A stretch of DNA of 64,000 nucleotides from Setoptus koraiensis (lineage: Eukaryota; Animalia; Arthropoda), in NCBI GenBank assembly GCA_048013815.1, contig CM106586.1:4898001-4962000 (forward strand), in the 5' to 3' direction. Under the pieces are notes generated by a model. It was given only the letters and a program-made list of their open reading frames with translations, ran no database searches and was not told the DNA's origin. Shown here one piece after another: positions 57,647 through 64,000 of the stretch. How positions within the stretch are numbered: the stretch's first letter is position 1; each line of letters starts with the position of its first letter. The position numbers and the translations under genes were made by a program.

Positions 57647-60220
57647 AGAATCTTGTGACTGAACCAAAGTATCCTCGACCCAACAACCTCAGACCACACA
57701 TCATCTTTTAGTCCGAAGCATGATTATTTTACGCCCAATTCAGCCAATACCCAATGAACAATCCTCGTGCGTCATCTAGAAACCAGAATCAAACCCAGCA
57801 ACGAAAATGACAGGTCAGTGTCCAAATAGTGGATGCTACAAGAAGACAAACACCCAGCAGTTACTATCGGTACAACATTAGTTAGACACGATGGGGCCCC
57901 TAGTATTACCTCCATTCAACAGTTGCAAATTTTAAATCAATAGACCGCATCCTCGATCTTTCGAAACCACACAATAAATGGCTGCAATAATCATGATTGT
58001 GAATCTCGACAAGCCGCCAATCTATCTATTTCGGAGGTTGTCAGCGAGAGATCTGCATGAGTTTTGTCCGTAAATCGACATACATCTCGGCGTGGTGTGG
58101 GTGCTCGAGCGCATATAGCAGCTCCAATTTAGTGAAGCGGGATATCACAGCTGATATTCGCTGTAGATTTGAGGTGTAAGCTTCATTGGTCTTCGAAGTA
58201 CTGTTGCGCTGCCGGAATATTCACTGTGAGTCCAAGTTGGATTGTGAAAAATGGAAGCTACGTCCCCCAATCGTCGGTCAGCAACTAACAACGATTAACA
58301 GACCCGATGCTCTGCGATGGTCTGGCCAGCGAGTCTAGGCAAAAATGTTTTCAGTTTGATGGTGGTTGTTTGCTTCACACACGATTGCTTTTCATTGAAG
58401 ACCTTCAACGTCGCGATACAATAATTGGCATGTTGACCAGCCATCATTTCTAATGAGCACGCTATATGATAACATGGCTCGATGTAACTGTGCATTGGGT
58501 CAGCCACCAGTGACCAGTCGAGAGATTAGTGGCGAGCGCGGGGTGACGGAAAAGGAATGCTCATTAGACTAAGCCGACTTTTGGCCAACCTCAAACACCC
58601 ACGGGCCGGTCGTGTGTGTCCGACGATGCTTAGGCCGTCAGTGGAGCATTGCTGACTCGACTATCGCGACTCGGCGCACAAAGTCGGCTGATGGTGAGTT
58701 GATCTGGCTGAAAATAGCATCGATCAATCATTGGCCGATGAACGTTGCGTCGTTTACTATCTAGTTTTGGCCAGTGCAACCATTGCTGGCTGACGGGTGA
58801 GGCGCTCCTCAACTGCAATTCAATTTCTGTTTATTTCTGTCGTCCATCTTAGACAACAAAATGACCGAGCGCACTGCTATTTTTTTTCTCTTTCTGCAGA
58901 CCACCAAAAATAGGGCGCATACACACTTAGAGCGAAATACCGTTAGTAATTCGGCTGTCTGAACGTGTCGTGCGACGGGGTCGCCGGCGCGTTCAACGCT
59001 CTCACCGCGACGTCACATTGGTCACTGATAATTTATCTAGCCAGCGCTTATAGATTTCTTCGTTGGGTTGTGTGCTGTCAGAGGCTGTAGTGGGCAATGG
59101 TGGATCGCTCGGCCAACCGGCTCGCCGCGAATCGCTGGTTGTGGGCGACGCCAATTCGGACTCCTCATGATATGGCCACCAGATGGAGGCTCAAACCGGG
59201 CTGTGGAGTGAGCCCGAAAATGTGCTCTCTCTCTCTCTCTTTTGATCGGAAAGTGGCATTTTTCTAACAAGAGACAGTGCACGTTTGCGGCCCACCACTG
59301 GCATATATTGGCCATTTGTGAACTCATGAATATAACACAATATATTGCAGGCACAGTCGCACATTCGATAGTTACCTTGATGGGGCCCCCAATGAATACC
59401 TTTGGGCACGAAAAAACATCAAGTGAGCGTCTCGCCATTGAGTGATGCAACGGAAGCAAGAACAAGCGGCCGACAGGGTGGAAAAATCAACACACGGGCG
59501 ACGAAACAGATACACACGAACCCCGCATAATGCCCTGTTATGCCGTATAATGCGGCATAATGGGGACCCTGTTTTGCATTCACGTCAGCATTTGCACCCA
59601 GTGGGCTGCTAATAATGTAAAAGCTGCTGTCATGCCGGCTCGCCGGACTTGCCTGACTAGACACTAATAACACCAACGTCAGAGCGGGACCATGTCGATT
59701 TTCATTGTGAGATTTGTCGCTCCCCAGTGAGAATGGTCGCCTTGTTATAGCTGGCGCTCGCATACAAATAAACGTGCACGGCGAAATGGTGTGTGCCCGA
59801 AATACCCCGGCGTGGCCCAAAAATCCTTGCAATTCTGATTTCTGACAATGTAACACCTACCGCAGTGCCTCGAAAAGTGGTCTTCTGGGCTAAAAATCCT
59901 CCGGGGCTAAACAATACCGAAATTAGGGTTCATTTTGGGTGCACTGTGCACTGGGAAGATGCTCGAAAATGCGCCTCGTTTCAGGCAAATCGAACAGCCG
60001 TATGAGCATTTTTCGTCAGTTCCCAGAAACTGGCTCGTTCGCTCGCCCAGAAACTGTGTGTTGCGTAGCTGCCGAAAACTTATAACGCCAAATACTATCG
60101 TCTCTAAACTCATCAGCTAATCCGTGCCGACAGGCCAGACCGATATCCGGACCGACCGACTGCACAGACAAAACAGACTAGACTGGCGACTGGGGGCCCC
60201 AATCCTCGAGGCCCGTATAT

Positions 60221-60225
<5 letters not shown>

Positions 60226-60257
<32 letters not shown>
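60226..60257. repeat. (TG)n microsatellite
   Basis: Read directly. Confidence 0.9.
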
Positions 60258-60258
<1 letters not shown>

Positions 60259-62617
60259 CGAAGTATTCATGAGAACTGTATTGACTGGCGCGGCGAGAAC
60301 AGCCAATAGATGGCTGTTTACAGTTGAACGAACTGACAAATCCGGTGATAGTGAATGAGGCCACACGAACGGGCTAGACGAGACGCTGCACGAGCAGTGC
60401 CGCGTAACGGACTAGACAACAGCGACAGAAACAACCACTGCAACTATATTTGGATGGCTTATTGTCGTGAGTTTGAGATTTCGCAGCTATGTTAGAAAGA
60501 AAACTGCGCGAACACGATGCGTGTCCCGATTCATCTGGCCCTGTCTCTATAAATGGTAACATGTTCGACACGCTCTCTCGTCGACTTCTTATCGACTTCT
60601 TAACATCTTATTGGACAACAAGTTGAACCAATATGTTAAAAGCTTATCCAACAAAATCAGCCATGTTTCGGGTCCAATGGAGAGCCACAGTGCGCCAGTA
60701 TTAGGCGAGCTGTAGGTCTTGGCGAATTGGACAAGCGCAGCGTTTTGTCGATGCGTGAACGGAATGGCCCAAGGGGCCCTCTATCGTGGCATACGGTGGT
60801 TGTTGCATAATATAGTTAGGCAAGGGGGCCAGTTTGCGCAGATGGGGCCGAATAAAATGCTGCACAACATTCGCGCACACGCGGTGGCAGCGAGAGATTT
60901 CTCAAAAACCGAGCCCAACGTCTGAGCTGTCAGTTGCTCGGTCCGAACTCAGATGCACTCAGTACCGTTAAAAGTCCGACTGGGCAGACAGAGATAAAAT
61001 CAATCGATGCGCTATTGATTTGGCCCGAATTAAGGCGAATTGTCATTTGATGTTTTCAGGGCAGCTCGCCCGTCAGTTGGACCCCAGCATCTGCCCGGCA
61101 CACTTCGGCTGGCTGGCTGGCTGGCCGGGCAAAAAAGAAAATCCCTCCATTGTAAGTCGTCCAGATTAACGGGACACACGCACAAGCTATTTTTAAGTAG
61201 ATTAATTCTCTCTTTCTGCCCGCTATTCTCGGGCGTTCGCTCCGAGACGCTGTCCTCGCTGTTGTTGTTGGCGCTGTTTTCGCGTTGTTGTTTTTTGTAA
61301 GACAACGCCGAACAAGTCCGGCTGTTTGTACAACAAACTTTGTAGGCTTTGGTTGCCATTGTTGTTGCATCATGTCGGCGAAAGAAAAAATTTTTTTCAG
61401 ATGCGACGGGCGCATAATGGATTTAAACACGAGCCGAATCACAGAGGCGCGCCGGCGACCTGGCGCCCGCTCCCCCGACTCGTGCGTTAACTGTGCGATT
61501 ATCGCCCCTTTGTGAGGCTCGTCGAGGCCGACTTGCTGGCGGTGCGACCTAACGAAGGCTAGTCGCTGACTATTAGTCAGTGCCAGCAACGATAGCTGTT
61601 CGGATGGGGCCCCATTTTTATCAACTGCGAATGAATCTTACCTAGCGCGCGGCGCGCATTATCTCTCGATTCGCTATACGACTAAGTTAGTCGGACTGAC
61701 ACTGTGAGTTGGCGAGCCAGCACGCGAGACAGCGCCGACACCATTCTGATAGACAGACGCATCTAATTCAATTGCGATCACGTCGATGCCGCGCCAGCTG
61801 CCTCATTATTGGGCCTCACAATGGTATGAGCAGCTTATCCGTCGACACACGCGCGGCCTTTTAGCACGAGCCTCAACGTGGGTCTTGCCAGCCACAGCGC
61901 TTTGCAAGCTTGAATAATGTGCGTGCAACGCGAATATTCCGAGCGATCAGATATTTCTGCTTTTGTTTCAACCAAGAAACAATTCGCAGCCAATATCACG
62001 ATAATATACGACTGCAATTCTCGCTTCGAAAATTCTCATGCTCCGTTGTGCCGAGACGAGCAAGTCGATCGGAATTCGGGAAGGCGCGATTTTATTCGTG
62101 TCTTTTCCTTGTTGCTTGTTCTATTTTGTTTGCAAAAATCATCGCGCACTCTGACGAGGCTGACTCGCGATGATGGGCACACCGACTAGTGACTCAATGG
62201 CAAGCTCAGGGCGATTTTCGCGTCTGGCTCGCCGTGCGCAGTCTGTCGTGTTCGGGCGATACCGTGCCTCTGTTGGGCACCTTTGTGAACCCTCGCAGAG
62301 GCGCTCGCCGATGCGCCAACACCGCTGACCGGCCGGCCGGCCGGCTGGTGTGACCTTCAATTTCGAGTGCGCCATAATAATCGCCACACTAATGTCCACA
62401 ACGGACGATATCCCGTTATACTGTTTAGTGGGCCCATTTGGGCCCACGAAATATCCGCGCCTCAGGCCGCCGGCTAAGCTGGACTTTGTGGAGCGGTTGG
62501 CGGTGCTAGCTTGGCGGTGGAGCGCGCCCACAATACAGAGTGGCTCATAGTTGGTGCGCCGGCATCGCGGACAACGGCGCCAACGATAACGCCACCAGCA
62601 CCAGCAACAACAGCACC

Positions 62618-62682
<65 letters not shown>

Positions 62683-62683
62683 C
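62618..62683. repeat. (AAC)n microsatellite, 22 units
   Basis: Read directly. Confidence 0.97.
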
Positions 62684-64000
62684 TCTGTATCAAGTGCGCG
62701 CGCCAGCGAGAACGGGCCGGGCCCCCGTTTCAATGGCCCCGAAAGGACGCAGTAAATGGAGTGGCGGGCCCACATCGGCGCTGCGCTCGCTTCATGGAGC
62801 GTGAGCTCGCCGGAGCCCATCGGAATTAATCTTGTCGCCGTTATTGGCCACCGCACAATGGTGGCCGGGCCGGCGGTCCATTGATTGTGGCCAGCACCAT
62901 TTATAATCGCATGTGTGTGTGCGAGCTGTTACGTCGTAATATAATCTCTATGCCACAGAGTCTGTCTGGCGGTCGCTTGTGGGCAGCGGCAACGGCAAAA
63001 CTGCTGAGGCCCCAACCGACTATTTTTGGTGAGTTGGCAACATCAAGTGTTGCCGTTTATAAACGCGCAGTCTCTTTGTGAGGGCAAGATTAAAATTCGA
63101 ATGGTCGGCTGGCTGGCCGGCGGCCGGCGGCTGGCGGCTGGAAAATAATAATCTCGAGGCATGGAGGCACAGAGAGAGCGAGATAATCATCAGCACAACA
63201 AATGCAAATTTGTCGGCTGCCGCCAGCGGCGGCCAGTGGCGGACAGCGGCCGAAAGCGGGCCCCATTTGTCGGCCGCTCAAGTAGCAGCTCAAGCAATCG
63301 CCGACGGTCAGTCGCTTAATTCTGGTCACTTCTGGTGGCGCGGCGGAATTGAGCCAGGCTCAAAACTGACCACTTAAGCCGGTGCCAGGAACAATTAGCT
63401 CGCGTGCCGGCGTGACAATTGGGTGGCGCGCCAATTTGGAGCGGCGACTCGACTCACCGCGAATTGTTAGAGCATTCGTCGGGCAGAGGAGCGAAAAAAG
63501 AATGGCAAAGAAGGGGCCAAAGAAAAAGAAATAATGTGTCTGTTTATAACAGTTATAACAGCGGCAACTGCCGCCTGTTATAACTGTGTTACCGTCGTGT
63601 GTCAGTCAGTTAATTGCACTTGTGCGCGAGCCACACGCTTGCACCGGGGCCCCCAAGCTCGCCAATGAGCATCATTACGACGTGCCCAGTTGGGGCCAGC
63701 TGCATATGAGCGGCTTTTGTCATTTGGCAGCTGCCAAACGATTGTTTGTTGTTGGCGCTTAATCGACTCGACCGATTGCGCAATAATGCGCGGGGCCTCA
63801 CTGTCCGCTGTTGCGCTGTCGAACTCGTTTGCAACTAGCACCACACCGGCCAAGCCAGCAGCATCAGCGCCAGCAGCAGCCCACTGACTAAAAACTATTG
63901 AAATTTGTTGTGCCGTCGGAATCTCCGGCTTGCAGTATGACCGTTATATCAAGGTATGTTGCACAACACGATGTTGCCTTACGTTACGCCAAGTTACGTA

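Noticed and set aside
57830-57945. LVRHDGAPS resembling a Tc1/mariner catalytic motif
   Set aside because: The ORF is very short, with no other DDE motifs or terminal inverted repeats seen.
61826-61850. miR-281-5p-like TATCCGTCGACA
   Set aside because: No matching 3p arm downstream, and the seed region differs.
62139-62856. Poly-Cys, poly-Thr, poly-Asn and poly-Leu ORFs
   Set aside because: All are frames of the (AAC)22 repeat in GC-rich DNA, with no domain signal.
63612-63635. miR-92-like AATTGCACTTGT
   Set aside because: The 3' half diverges and the upstream sequence does not form a hairpin with it.

Overview
Eukaryotic, animal-type DNA from a compact arthropod genome. The short GT-AG introns, intronless housekeeping genes and AAC/TC microsatellites suggest a mite, possibly eriophyoid; this is inference only. 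Supported genes from left to right: pancreatic-lipase-family gene (+); Boss/mGluR-like class C GPCR (-, 6 coding exons); a 500-N assembly gap; secreted ZP-N-only protein (+); myosin alkali light chain (-); NUBP1 (-); tRNA-His(GTG) (-); DNAJB11 (+); a complete pre-mir-9 hairpin (-) at the edge of an ~11 kb GC-rich, repeat-rich non-coding domain; a CD36/class B scavenger receptor (+) with an ~820-aa C-terminal tail; a divergent alpha-catulin (-) spread over ~10 kb; and an intronless orphan secreted protein with prohormone- or toxin-like features (+). Most short ORFs in the track are spurious products of GC-rich or microsatellite DNA. The most interesting items are the mir-9 hairpin wedged between candidate splice sites, with motif clusters upstream, the giant-tailed CD36 protein and the orphan secreted precursor. 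No CRISPR array, rRNA or intact transposase was seen. Exon boundaries were read by eye and need RNA-seq confirmation.
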